A DNA stretch of 64,000 bases from Patescibacteria group bacterium (lineage in GTDB: Bacteria; Patescibacteriota; Patescibacteriia; Patescibacteriales; UBA12465). The notes beneath the pieces were generated by a model. The model was not told where the DNA came from. It saw only the letters and a list, made by a program, of their open reading frames with translations, and did not search any database. Of the stretch, positions 25,834-34,776 are shown one piece after another (the first letter of the stretch is position 1; the number at the start of each line of letters is the position of its first letter). The stretch is taken from positions 135,601-199,600 of the forward strand of contig JBAZJR010000001.1 of the NCBI GenBank assembly GCA_041651195.1, given 5' to 3'. The position numbers were made by a program, and so were the translations under genes.

Positions 25834-26499
25834 CTAGCCTTTTGCCAGGACTAAGCCGTAAATCGCGCCGGCGCCGGCCGTCTTTAAAATCCGCGCGGCT
25901 TCATTCAGGGTCGCGCCGGTCGTAGCCACGTCATCTATTAAGATTATCGTCCGTCCGCCCAAGCTTGTGCCGGTCCAGGCGAAAGAATCAGCTATATTAT
26001 TTAGGCGTTCGGCTCCGTTCAAGTCAGCCTGCGGCCAGGCATGTTTTATCCGTTTCAAGTCCTGATTCAGAGGATAGGCGAAGGCCGCGGCTAGTTCCCG
26101 CGCCAATAGCTCCGCCTGGTTGAAGCCGCGCCAGCGGAGGCGCTTTTTAGAGAGGGGGATAGGGATCAGGGTTGTGTCCGTTAGCTTATTATTCGACATG
26201 AGCGCTAATTGCCCTTGCCAAAATAAGGTTAAGAATCGTCCTAGTGTGGGGCTCAGCCCGGCCAAGAAATTATATTTTAGTTTTTTGATCAGGGATGCCA
26301 AGAGCGGATCATCGTAATCGCCGGCGATGAATATCCCGGCGAGAGCCGGCGTCTTTAAGCTCGCTGTCAACGCCGCCGTCTGCGCCGCGCCGTTAAATTT
26401 TAATTTTTTAAAACAGTGATCGCAGAGATAAGCGCCTTCTCGGCCGCAGCCCAGGCATTCCGGCGGGAATAATAGATTGAGGAATAATGATTTCAGCAT
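25834..26499 (-). CDS. comFC: ComF family protein (ComFC-type phosphoribosyltransferase-like)
   Basis: N-terminal double CxxC zinc finger (CLGCG...CDHC) and C-terminal PRT motif IILIDDVATTGATL. Confidence 0.85.
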   Translation of the reverse strand: MLKSLFLNLLFPPECLGCGREGAYLCDHCFKKLKFNGAAQTAALTASLKTPALAGIFIAGDYDDPLLASLIKKLKYNFLAGLSPTLGRFLTLFWQGQLALMSNNKLTDTTLIPIPLSKKRLRWRGFNQAELLARELAAAFAYPLNQDLKRIKHAWPQADLNGAERLNNIADSFAWTGTSLGGRTIILIDDVATTGATLNEAARILKTAGAGAIYGLVLAKG

Positions 26500-26507
26500 C
26501 CGGATTA

Positions 26508-27740
26508 TCAGCGCAATTTGACCGTATAGAGCTGGCCGGTCTTCTTATCAGTAAAATATAAGACGTCGTTCGCGGCCGGCACGAGGATCTGCGAGATATT
26601 GTAAGCGCCGTCTGGTACCGCGATTAGTTCCTTGATTCCGGTCTCCAGGTTGATCCGGTAAAGATCATCCTTAGTCTTATCGGCTAATTCCGGGAATAGG
26701 CCCGCGCCTTTTTCTAAGTTTTCCGGCACGGCGCAATAGACTTCCGTATTGGAAGCGAAGGTGCATTTATCCGCCCAGGTGTTCAGATCGATGCTGCGCC
26801 GATTCTGCCCGATCGTGTCGCCGCTTGCGTCAACGATCCAGAGTTTCGGATTGAGATTAGTGTCCGTGCTGTAGACGCTATAGAGCAGGCGGTCGCCCGC
26901 CGTTGACCATTGGGATTGGAGGCCGCGGCCCTCGATGATCGTCGATTTGAAGTTCTCTCCGTTCTGCCCGACGAAATAGATTTCCTGGCGGTTAAAGTCC
27001 AGACCTTTCGTATAAGTCGCGATGATCTGCTGGTTCGGCGACCAGTCCGGATAGACAGTCTTATCGTTCGTGCCGATATTTTCTATGGCGCGCGCTTGCG
27101 AACCGTCGTCGTTCGCGATTACTAGCCAGCGGTTTCCCGGATCCAGGCCTAGGCTTTTGGAAACGATCTGGCCGCTCGTCGGCGAGAAAGAAAAATCTTC
27201 CCAATGCGCCGGCAGGCTGACCTGCTGTTTGGCCTCGAAATTATAAAGGATCTTCTTGCCGTCGGGATATTCGATGATCGCCTTGTCTTTAGTCGGCGCC
27301 CAGACGACATCTTTGACATTATAGAAGACCTTGTCCGCCATCATGACGATGTCACCGTCTTGATCGATCCGGTAAAAACGTCCGTCATTCCGGTTATAAT
27401 ATTGGACCGCGCCGCCTTTGGATAAGGTCGGAGAGCTGACTGGCGAGTCGGTCAAAGCCGCGGTTTCCGTTACGCCGCCGACGGCTACCGGGCTCGGTTC
27501 GTTCGGGCCAGCGCCCTCTGTCGCGCCGGGCAAGAGTCCGGTACCGGTCGGAGTTCCCGGGATTGCGCCGCCTGATCCGGCGATCGGCAAGCCGCCGCCC
27601 GTTCCGGGAGGGACAGTTTCGCTCGGGAGTTGGCTCGGCGCGCGGAAGAACAGGAACCAGATAAAATAGCCGATCAGGGCGACAAGGATCAGGAAGCCGA
27701 TGATGAAAAAGATTTTTTTATAGCGGCTGAAGAAGTTCAT
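26508..27740 (-). CDS. membrane-anchored protein with a TolB-like (PD40) beta-propeller
   Basis: N-terminal transmembrane segment, a Gly/Pro-rich linker, and repeated D..V...WSP / YPDWSPN-type blades. Confidence 0.55.
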   Translation of the reverse strand: MNFFSRYKKIFFIIGFLILVALIGYFIWFLFFRAPSQLPSETVPPGTGGGLPIAGSGGAIPGTPTGTGLLPGATEGAGPNEPSPVAVGGVTETAALTDSPVSSPTLSKGGAVQYYNRNDGRFYRIDQDGDIVMMADKVFYNVKDVVWAPTKDKAIIEYPDGKKILYNFEAKQQVSLPAHWEDFSFSPTSGQIVSKSLGLDPGNRWLVIANDDGSQARAIENIGTNDKTVYPDWSPNQQIIATYTKGLDFNRQEIYFVGQNGENFKSTIIEGRGLQSQWSTAGDRLLYSVYSTDTNLNPKLWIVDASGDTIGQNRRSIDLNTWADKCTFASNTEVYCAVPENLEKGAGLFPELADKTKDDLYRINLETGIKELIAVPDGAYNISQILVPAANDVLYFTDKKTGQLYTVKLR

Positions 27741-27848
27741 ATCGCTTGTTTAATGTTTTTAGATATTGTATACTTTATTATATACTAAGCGGAGAGATAA
27801 TTCAATTTAAATCCGGCTTTTTGGTGTATTAAGTTTAGCGATAAGTCT

Positions 27849-28901
27849 ATGAGCTTGTTTTCATTTGGCGGCGATAATCTGTTCTTAGGGGTTGATATCG
27901 GCGACTCTTCTTTGAAGATGGTCGAGTTGAAGAAGAAGAACCGCCGGATCTATCTTTCCAATTACGCTTTTAGCGAGAATGTGTCTGAAGTGAACTTCAT
28001 GAAGATGGACGATGTTAATTATCTGGCGCGGGCGATCAGCAAGGTCAAGACCGAAGCCGGCATCATGGCTACTAAAGTGACCGCATCGCTGCCGACTTTC
28101 GCCGTCTTCTCTTCAATCATCAATATTAATGGCAACGATAAGAAAAGGATCGCAGAGGAGGTCAATGAAGAGGCGAAAAAAGTCATCCCCTTGCCCCTGG
28201 AAGAGATGACCCTGGACTGGAAGGTCATCCCGGATGGCGGCGCCAAGGGCGGCCATAAAGGCGATATGCAGATTTTTTTGACCGGCAGCCCGAAGAAATT
28301 GGTGCGTAAATATATCGATATTTTCAACGCGGCCAAACTGGAATTAGCGAGCTTGGAAACGGAAACTTTTTCCCTGGTCCGCTCTCTCGTCGGCGACGAT
28401 AAGTCGACAGTGATGATCGTGGAAATCGGCGCTAATAGCACGGACATCTCTATCGTCAAGGAAAGCATCCCGGTCTTGAACCGCAGCCTCGCGGTCTGCG
28501 GCTCTACCGTTACGAAGGCTTTGGCCGAGAAATTGGGCGTGTCTTTCGTCCAGGCGGAACAATTCAAATTCGACCTCAGCGTGTCTTTGCATAATGATAA
28601 CCGGGAAGAGTTGCCGCAGCTCGTGATCCAGACGCTGGAACCGATCGTGACCGAAATCCAGTATATGTTAGATTTTTTCCGTTCCCAGGCGAACGGGGAA
28701 GTAGAGAAGATCATCTTATCCGGCGGCAGCGCCCTGCTTTTGAATCTCAGCGAATATCTGGCCAAGCGCTTGAACCTCCAGGTCATTATCGGCGACCCTT
28801 GGAACCGTATCCATTACCCGGCGGAATTGAAGCCGGTCTTAAGCGAAGTCGGGCCGCGCCTGGCCGTTGCCATCGGCTTGGCGATGCGGGAAATCGAATA
28901 A
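27849..28901 (+). CDS. pilM: type IV pilus assembly protein PilM (actin-like ATPase fold)
   Basis: Typical PilM N-terminus (LGVDIGDSSLKMVEL) and length. It is the first gene of a pilMNO-like block. Confidence 0.9.
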   Translation: MSLFSFGGDNLFLGVDIGDSSLKMVELKKKNRRIYLSNYAFSENVSEVNFMKMDDVNYLARAISKVKTEAGIMATKVTASLPTFAVFSSIININGNDKKRIAEEVNEEAKKVIPLPLEEMTLDWKVIPDGGAKGGHKGDMQIFLTGSPKKLVRKYIDIFNAAKLELASLETETFSLVRSLVGDDKSTVMIVEIGANSTDISIVKESIPVLNRSLAVCGSTVTKALAEKLGVSFVQAEQFKFDLSVSLHNDNREELPQLVIQTLEPIVTEIQYMLDFFRSQANGEVEKIILSGGSALLLNLSEYLAKRLNLQVIIGDPWNRIHYPAELKPVLSEVGPRLAVAIGLAMREIE

Positions 28902-28908
28902 GAAAAGC

Positions 28909-29538
28909 ATGTTTTTACTGAAGAGAAAACCGAACAAGACAGAAGGACGAGCCGGCGGTTTTTTGCAGAATCCGAAAATTTTAGACGTGAACCTGGTCAA
29001 AGACGAGGTCCAGATATCTTTTGATTGGCGTAAGAATGGATTGACCTTGTTCTTAGTCTTGGCTATCGCCGCCTTATTCGTCGGCGAAATATATTTCGGC
29101 CTGGACCAATGGGAAAAGCAGGAGGCACGCCGCACCCAGATCCTGGAGGAACAAGTCGCTTTGACGAACGCGGAAATCAGTAAGTTAAAGAATCAGATCG
29201 GCGCGGCCCTGGCCTATAAGGAAAAATCAGCGGCTTTCAGCGATCTCTTGGATAACCACGTCTATTGGACTAATTTTTTCAGTTGGCTGGAAAAAAACAC
29301 CCTGAGCTCCGTCAAATATGAGCAGTTTTCCGGGGGCTTGGACGGCCTTTATGTCCTGAACGCGACCGCTAAGACTTACGCTGACGTCTCTTGGCAGGTG
29401 CGCTCTTTCTTGAAAGATCCCTTAGTTGAAAAAGCGACCGTGGCGAGCGCGGAAGCGACTAGCGAGGGAGAGGATCTGACCGGCGACCTTAATTTTACGA
29501 TCACTTTGCAGGTCAAGCCGGAAATTTTTAAAAAATGA
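28909..29538 (+). CDS. PilN-like bitopic pilus assembly protein
   Basis: Short cytoplasmic N-terminus, a single transmembrane segment (LTLFLVLAIAALFVGEIYF), then a coiled coil. I prefer the ATG at 28909; the track start at 28867 overlaps pilM. Confidence 0.6.
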   Translation: MFLLKRKPNKTEGRAGGFLQNPKILDVNLVKDEVQISFDWRKNGLTLFLVLAIAALFVGEIYFGLDQWEKQEARRTQILEEQVALTNAEISKLKNQIGAALAYKEKSAAFSDLLDNHVYWTNFFSWLEKNTLSSVKYEQFSGGLDGLYVLNATAKTYADVSWQVRSFLKDPLVEKATVASAEATSEGEDLTGDLNFTITLQVKPEIFKK

Positions 29539-30173
29539 TTATGGCTAATCCGCGCAACCAAAAGAATAAGAATGCCCTCAATCTTTTCTTAAGGAATTAT
29601 TTTCCGGCGCTTATCGCGGCCGCCTTGGTCTTGTTCCTTGGTCTGGCTTATTTCTTTTTCCTGGGGCCGAAATTTTCCGCGGCGCAAGCCAGCATCCGCG
29701 CTAATCTAGACAGCGAGCAGAGACTCTACCTCAATAGCTTGAAAAAATTAGCGAGCTATCGGTCGATCGAAGAGCTTTATAGGAAGATTGACGCGAAAGA
29801 TCTGCAGCGCTTTAACGGCGTCTTGCCTGATAATTACGTGCCGGAAAGACTTTTTGGCGAAATTGAAGAGATGGTCGCGCAGGGCGGCTGGCTGATCGGC
29901 AGTCTGACGATCAGCGCGCCCGGAGAAGACCGAGCCGGAGATACGGTTGAAGGCGAAGTCGCCGCCCCGGACCTTGTTTCGGCTGGCCAGAATCTTGGCC
30001 TTTATAACATCAACCTCTCTATCGCCTCCATCGATTATGCCGGCCTGAAGAAGCTCTTGAAGATTTTTGAAAATAATCTACGCCTGTTTGATGTCACAAC
30101 CGTCAATTTTTCACCGGGCGATGACAGCGCGGAGATTGTCCTGAGCACTTATTATTATAAAATCGCTCCCTGA
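29535..30173 (+). CDS. PilO-like bitopic pilus assembly protein
   Basis: Single transmembrane segment, a coiled coil and a C-terminal alpha/beta domain. It overlaps the upstream gene by 4 nt. Confidence 0.55.
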   Translation: MIMANPRNQKNKNALNLFLRNYFPALIAAALVLFLGLAYFFFLGPKFSAAQASIRANLDSEQRLYLNSLKKLASYRSIEELYRKIDAKDLQRFNGVLPDNYVPERLFGEIEEMVAQGGWLIGSLTISAPGEDRAGDTVEGEVAAPDLVSAGQNLGLYNINLSIASIDYAGLKKLLKIFENNLRLFDVTTVNFSPGDDSAEIVLSTYYYKIAP

Positions 30174-30175
30174 TT

Positions 30176-30598
30176 ATGATGAGGCAAGGTTATAACATCA
30201 TTCTGTATTCCTTGGTCGGCCTCCTATTGGCGGCAGGTCTTTTATTATTCTTATTCCAGGCGCGTATTTTTGATTATTTATTGGCGGGCATGGATCTCGG
30301 CGACCCGTTAGCGACGAGCACGATTACCGTGCCGGCCCGCGATACTTTGGATCCCGAGGTTTTGCAGGCGCCGCGCTTTACCGCTCTGACTAATTACGTT
30401 GTTAATTTCGATTTTGATAATATCTGCTGGCGTCCGGATGCCACGCCGAATCGGCTGATCGCCCGAACGCCGGCCAGCGTCGCGACCGGCACGGAAATCG
30501 CGACCGGCACAGAAAGCGCCGTCGGCGCAGCCGCTGTCCCAGCGACCCTGGATTGCCGGATCGGAAATGATCTGCCCTTCCAGGCTAAGAAGGAATAG
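30176..30598 (+). CDS. small bitopic membrane protein of the pilus operon (unknown role)
   Basis: N-terminal transmembrane segment. Its position between the pilO-like gene and pilB is the only functional clue. Confidence 0.5.
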   Translation: MMRQGYNIILYSLVGLLLAAGLLLFLFQARIFDYLLAGMDLGDPLATSTITVPARDTLDPEVLQAPRFTALTNYVVNFDFDNICWRPDATPNRLIARTPASVATGTEIATGTESAVGAAAVPATLDCRIGNDLPFQAKKE

Positions 30599-30602
30599 CC
30601 CT

Positions 30603-32360
30603 ATGGATAAGACCGAACAACTGCTCGGACTGCTGACGGCGCGCCAGTTGCTGGATGCCACCCGGGCGGACGAGATAAAAAAATTGATCCTGAAGGAAAA
30701 GGCCGATCTCGGCGCCTATCTGATCAGCCAGAAGATAGTAGACGAAGAGCAGCTGACTGAATTGAGGTCGGCTCTTTATAATTTGCCTTATATTAATCTG
30801 AGCAGCACGGAGGTGCCGGAGGCGATTCTGACTTTCTTGCCGGAAGAGATCGCTAAGACCTATAAGATCGTCTGCTTCGGCCGGGATAACCGGTCGCTCA
30901 AAGTCGGTTTAGTTGAGCCGAATCTCAAGGCGATGGAGGCGGTTAATTTCTTGGCGACGGATGAAAAGCTGCAGGCGCAGTATTTTTTGATTTCGGCGTC
31001 GAGCTGGCAGAAGATCTTCAAGCAGTATCAGAAGATCGAGGAAGAGGTTTCCAGCGCTTTGGAGGTCAAAGCTAAGGAAGAAGGGGAAGACCTGGTCGCG
31101 GTCAAGACGGACGCGGAAGACCTGAACAGCGACGAGATCAATTCCGCGCCGGTTTCGCGTATCGTTTCCGTCATCATCCGGCACGCGGTGGAGGCGCGCG
31201 CCTCCGATATCCATATCGAGCCATATGCGCAGGAGAGCCGGGTACGTTATCGGATCGACGGTATTCTCCATACTTCCTTGACCCTGCCGAAAAGCATTCA
31301 TAAGGCGATCATCGCCCGTATCAAGGTTTTAGCTAAACTGAAATTGGACGAGACGCGTATCCCGCAAGACGGCCGTATCCGTCTCGTCGTCAATGGCCAA
31401 GAGATAGATTTTCGCGTTTCTACCTTGCCGCTCGCTAGCAATGAAAAGGTGGTGATGCGTATTTTAGATGTCTCCAAAGGCGCGCCCGGCCTGGAAGAGC
31501 TGGGTTTCAATAAATTAGCCCTGCGCCGGATCGCTTCCGGCAGCGCGAAAACCAGTGGCATCTTCCTGGTTACCGGTCCGACCGGGAGCGGTAAATCAAC
31601 GACCTTATACGCGATGCTTAATATATTGAATAAGGAGGGAGTCAATATCTCTACCCTGGAAGATCCGATCGAATACGAAATCAAGGGGATCAACCAGTCC
31701 CAGGTCCGGCCAAAGATCGGCTTCTCTTTCGCTAACGGCTTACGCTCTCTATTGCGCCAAGATCCGAATATCATCATGGTCGGCGAAATCCGCGACGAAG
31801 AGACCGCGGAATTGTCTATCAACGCCGCTTTGACCGGGCACCTCGTCCTATCAACCCTGCATACCAATGACGCCTTAGGCGCGGTTTTCCGTTTATTAGA
31901 TATGAAGATTGAACGGTTCCTGCTATCCTCTACTTTGAAGACGGTCGTTGCCCAGCGCCTCGCCCGTCGCCTCTGCGAGCATTGCAAGCAAGAGACCAAG
32001 CTGACTGCGGAAGCGGTCGAGGAGATCGTCGCGGAACTTAAAACGACGCCGCCGGCAGTCTTGAAAGAAGAGCTGCCGCAACTCGCGGCGTCGGAATCAC
32101 CACTCGCTAATTATAAAGCTTATAAGGCGGTTGGTTGCGCCCGCTGCGAGAACACCGGCTATCTTGGCCGCGTAGCGATCGCGGAAGTGATCGAAATAGA
32201 CGATCGGCTCCGCGAGATGATCGATAGCGGTGAAAAGAATCTGAATCTTGAGACTGTCCGGTCGGTGGAAGATTTCTGCACGATCAAGCAGGATGGGATC
32301 ATCAAGGTCTTGCAGGGCAAGACGACGATGGAAGAGGTCCTGCGCGTTATTGAAAGTTAA
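30603..32360 (+). CDS. pilB: type IV pilus assembly ATPase PilB (GspE family)
   Basis: N-terminal T2SSE_N/MshEN-like domain, Walker A GPTGSGKST, Asp and His boxes, and a tetracysteine cluster CEHC...CARC. I prefer the ATG at 30603 (MDKTEQ...). Confidence 0.9.
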   Translation: MDKTEQLLGLLTARQLLDATRADEIKKLILKEKADLGAYLISQKIVDEEQLTELRSALYNLPYINLSSTEVPEAILTFLPEEIAKTYKIVCFGRDNRSLKVGLVEPNLKAMEAVNFLATDEKLQAQYFLISASSWQKIFKQYQKIEEEVSSALEVKAKEEGEDLVAVKTDAEDLNSDEINSAPVSRIVSVIIRHAVEARASDIHIEPYAQESRVRYRIDGILHTSLTLPKSIHKAIIARIKVLAKLKLDETRIPQDGRIRLVVNGQEIDFRVSTLPLASNEKVVMRILDVSKGAPGLEELGFNKLALRRIASGSAKTSGIFLVTGPTGSGKSTTLYAMLNILNKEGVNISTLEDPIEYEIKGINQSQVRPKIGFSFANGLRSLLRQDPNIIMVGEIRDEETAELSINAALTGHLVLSTLHTNDALGAVFRLLDMKIERFLLSSTLKTVVAQRLARRLCEHCKQETKLTAEAVEEIVAELKTTPPAVLKEELPQLAASESPLANYKAYKAVGCARCENTGYLGRVAIAEVIEIDDRLREMIDSGEKNLNLETVRSVEDFCTIKQDGIIKVLQGKTTMEEVLRVIES

Positions 32361-32371
32361 AGCCAGACATT

Positions 32372-33577
32372 ATGCCTATTTTTAAATATCAAGCGGAAGA
32401 CACGAGCGGCCGGAAGAAGCGCGGCCAGATCGTCGGCCTCTCCGAAGCTGAGGTCGTCTCGAAATTGCGCAAGAAGGATCTGAACGTTTTGAATATCCAG
32501 GATGTGACTTCGACCGGGCTGAATAAATTTTCTCGGTTGATCGCGCCGGTCCGCGGCAAAGATCTTGTGATCTTTTCCCGCCAATTTTCCGTCATGATCT
32601 CTTCTAACGTGCCGGTCGTGGAATCGCTCCTCGTGTTGATCGACCAGACGGACAACATTTCCCTGAAGAACCTGATCGCGGATATCGCTTATGACGTCAA
32701 TGCCGGCGCCTTCCTCTCTGACGCGCTGGCGAAATATCCGAAGATCTTTTCGGAATTTTTTATCAATATCGTCCGCTCCGGCGAGACTTCCGGCAAATTA
32801 GACGAAGTCTTGAATTATCTGGCCGATGAGATGGAAAAGAATTATGATATGGTCTCCAAGATCCGCGGCGCGATGATCTATCCGGCCTTCATCATCACCG
32901 CTCTCTTCGGGGTCGGCATCGTCCTGATGGTCTATGTCATCCCGAATCTGACCGCGATCCTGACCGAGACCGGTGCCGCCCTCCCGCTCTCTACCCGCCT
33001 AGTCATCGGCGCTTCTAATTTTATGGTCAATTACGCGATTTTACTCGTTATCGCCATCATCGCTCTGGCCGTCCTTTTGCGCCTTTACCTGAAGACCTAT
33101 GCCGGCCGGCGTCAATTAGATATTTTGAAATTGCGCCTGCCGATTTTCGGACCATTATTTAAATATATCTATCTGATGCGTTTTTCCCGTTCCTTGTCGA
33201 CGCTCCTTAAAGGCGGCGTGACGATCACCCGCAGCCTGGAGATCGTGGCTGAAGTCGTCGGTAACAGCATTTATCGCGAACTTATCCTAGATACCCTGGA
33301 ATCGATCAATGACGGGAATCCTTTTTCCACGGTTTTCGAAGCGAGCGACTATGTCCCGAAGATGGTGCCGCAGATGATCGCGGTCGGCGAAAAGACCGGC
33401 AAGATCGACGCAGTTTTGGATCGCGTCACCAGTTTCTATACGCGGGAGAGCAGTAACATGCTGGATAATCTGAGCAAGTTGATGGAACCTTTGATCATGG
33501 TGATCATGGGTATCGGCGTCGGCGTCATGGTCGCGGCCGTCCTTTTGCCGATGTATAATCTGGCTAGCCAGTTCTGA
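32372..33577 (+). CDS. pilC: type IV pilus platform protein PilC (T2SS F family)
   Basis: Duplicated T2SF domain architecture with 3 transmembrane regions and the expected length and position after pilB. Confidence 0.9.
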   Translation: MPIFKYQAEDTSGRKKRGQIVGLSEAEVVSKLRKKDLNVLNIQDVTSTGLNKFSRLIAPVRGKDLVIFSRQFSVMISSNVPVVESLLVLIDQTDNISLKNLIADIAYDVNAGAFLSDALAKYPKIFSEFFINIVRSGETSGKLDEVLNYLADEMEKNYDMVSKIRGAMIYPAFIITALFGVGIVLMVYVIPNLTAILTETGAALPLSTRLVIGASNFMVNYAILLVIAIIALAVLLRLYLKTYAGRRQLDILKLRLPIFGPLFKYIYLMRFSRSLSTLLKGGVTITRSLEIVAEVVGNSIYRELILDTLESINDGNPFSTVFEASDYVPKMVPQMIAVGEKTGKIDAVLDRVTSFYTRESSNMLDNLSKLMEPLIMVIMGIGVGVMVAAVLLPMYNLASQF

Positions 33578-33594
33578 GTCCGGCGCGCCGGATA

Positions 33595-33623
33595 TTGCGG
33601 CTGTGGCGGGGAAATGCTATAAT
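33595..33623 (+). promoter_or_regulatory. promoter with an extended -10 upstream of pilin 1
   Basis: TTGCGG, a 17-nt spacer, then TATAAT preceded by TGc. It shares gcgggGAAATGcTATAATTTA with 40282-40303. Confidence 0.5.
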
Positions 33624-33672
33624 TTACGCAGACGATAATTAGATAATAATTAATCATCGAATAAAAAATCGT

Positions 33673-34104
33673 ATGGCCACTAATCACAAAGGCTTTACTT
33701 TGATCGAGCTCTTGGTAGTCATCGCCATCATCGGCTTGCTATCGACTCTTTCGATCCTAGCCTTGAACACGGCGCGCGCTCGCGCCCGCGATGCTAAGCG
33801 CGTCGCTGACGTCAAGCAGATCCAGACCGCCCTGGAGATGTATTACAATGATGTCGGCAGCTATCCGGCGGCTGGCTCGGTTACTCCTGGCGTCGCGATC
33901 AAAAGCGCGAACGGGACTTTCTTGGCCGCTGTGCCGACTCCGCCGACTCCGGCTGACGGCAGCTGCGGCGCGCAGCCCGCTTATACGTATGCTATCTCCG
34001 GCTCAGCTCCGTATTCTACTTACCAGATCAGCTACTGCTTGGGCGCCCAGACCGGCGGCGTGAGCGCCGGCGCTAAGACCGCTACTCCGGCCGGCATCCA
34101 GTAA
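33673..34104 (+). CDS. type IV major pilin (prepilin), paralog 1
   Basis: Class III signal MATNHKG|FTLIELLVVIAIIGLL and a C-terminal Cys pair (GSCG...YCLG). Confidence 0.9.
   Translation: MATNHKGFTLIELLVVIAIIGLLSTLSILALNTARARARDAKRVADVKQIQTALEMYYNDVGSYPAAGSVTPGVAIKSANGTFLAAVPTPPTPADGSCGAQPAYTYAISGSAPYSTYQISYCLGAQTGGVSAGAKTATPAGIQ
33682..33857 (+). repeat. 176-bp block identical to 34253-34428 (pilin 5' region)
   Basis: Compared base by base by eye, the block covers the leader, hydrophobic helix and first ~60 codons with no mismatch. Confidence 0.85.
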
Positions 34105-34243
34105 GCCTTACCGCTATTGTCCTTTCCCATAGGTATGGTATAATTTTATTAAGATATTTTTTTTGGCGGTTTAAGACAACATTTAATTTTTCAATTAGCG
34201 GCGTTGCCCTTGCTGCTCCGCGGTTGAGATAAATCATATATTT

Positions 34244-34678
34244 ATGAAAAGAAATCACAAAGGCTTTACTTTGATCGAGCTCTTGGTAGTCATCGCCATC
34301 ATCGGCTTGCTATCGACTCTTTCGATCCTAGCCTTGAACACGGCGCGCGCTCGCGCCCGCGATGCTAAGCGCGTCGCTGACGTCAAGCAGATCCAGACCG
34401 CCCTGGAGATGTATTACAATGATGTCGGGACTTATCCGGCAACGGCCTCAATCACGGCCGGCGGCGCGATTGCCAGCCCGAATGGAACTTTCTTGGCCGC
34501 TGTGCCGACTCCGCCGACTCCGTTTGATTTCGTGACTGGAGATTGCGTCGGCCAGCCCGCCTATACCTATACGAGCGCTTCTCCATTCACTACTTACCAG
34601 ATCAACTACTGCTTAGGCGCCCAGACCGGCGGCGTGAGCGCTGGCGCTAAGACTGCTACCCCGGCTGGCATCCAGTAA
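34244..34678 (+). CDS. type IV major pilin (prepilin), paralog 2
   Basis: MKRNHKG|FTLIELLVV... Its central region differs from paralog 1, while the C-terminal ~30 codons are near-identical. Confidence 0.9.
   Translation: MKRNHKGFTLIELLVVIAIIGLLSTLSILALNTARARARDAKRVADVKQIQTALEMYYNDVGTYPATASITAGGAIASPNGTFLAAVPTPPTPFDFVTGDCVGQPAYTYTSASPFTTYQINYCLGAQTGGVSAGAKTATPAGIQ
34253..34428 (+). repeat. 176-bp block identical to 33682-33857
   Basis: See 33682-33857. Confidence 0.85.
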
Positions 34679-34776
34679 ACTCAGGGATATTTCAGATTTT
34701 TTTACTCAAGCCCGTCGCACCACGTCGGTGTCGGCGGGCTTTTTTAGTTGTTTGGTTTCTATGATATACTGGCAGT

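Noticed and set aside
28867-30602. Track starts at 28867 (pilN-like) and 30567 (pilB) that overlap upstream genes.
   Set aside because: The internal ATGs at 28909 and 30603 remove the overlaps. They give N-termini (MFLLKRKPNK..., MDKTEQLLGLL...) consistent with the families.
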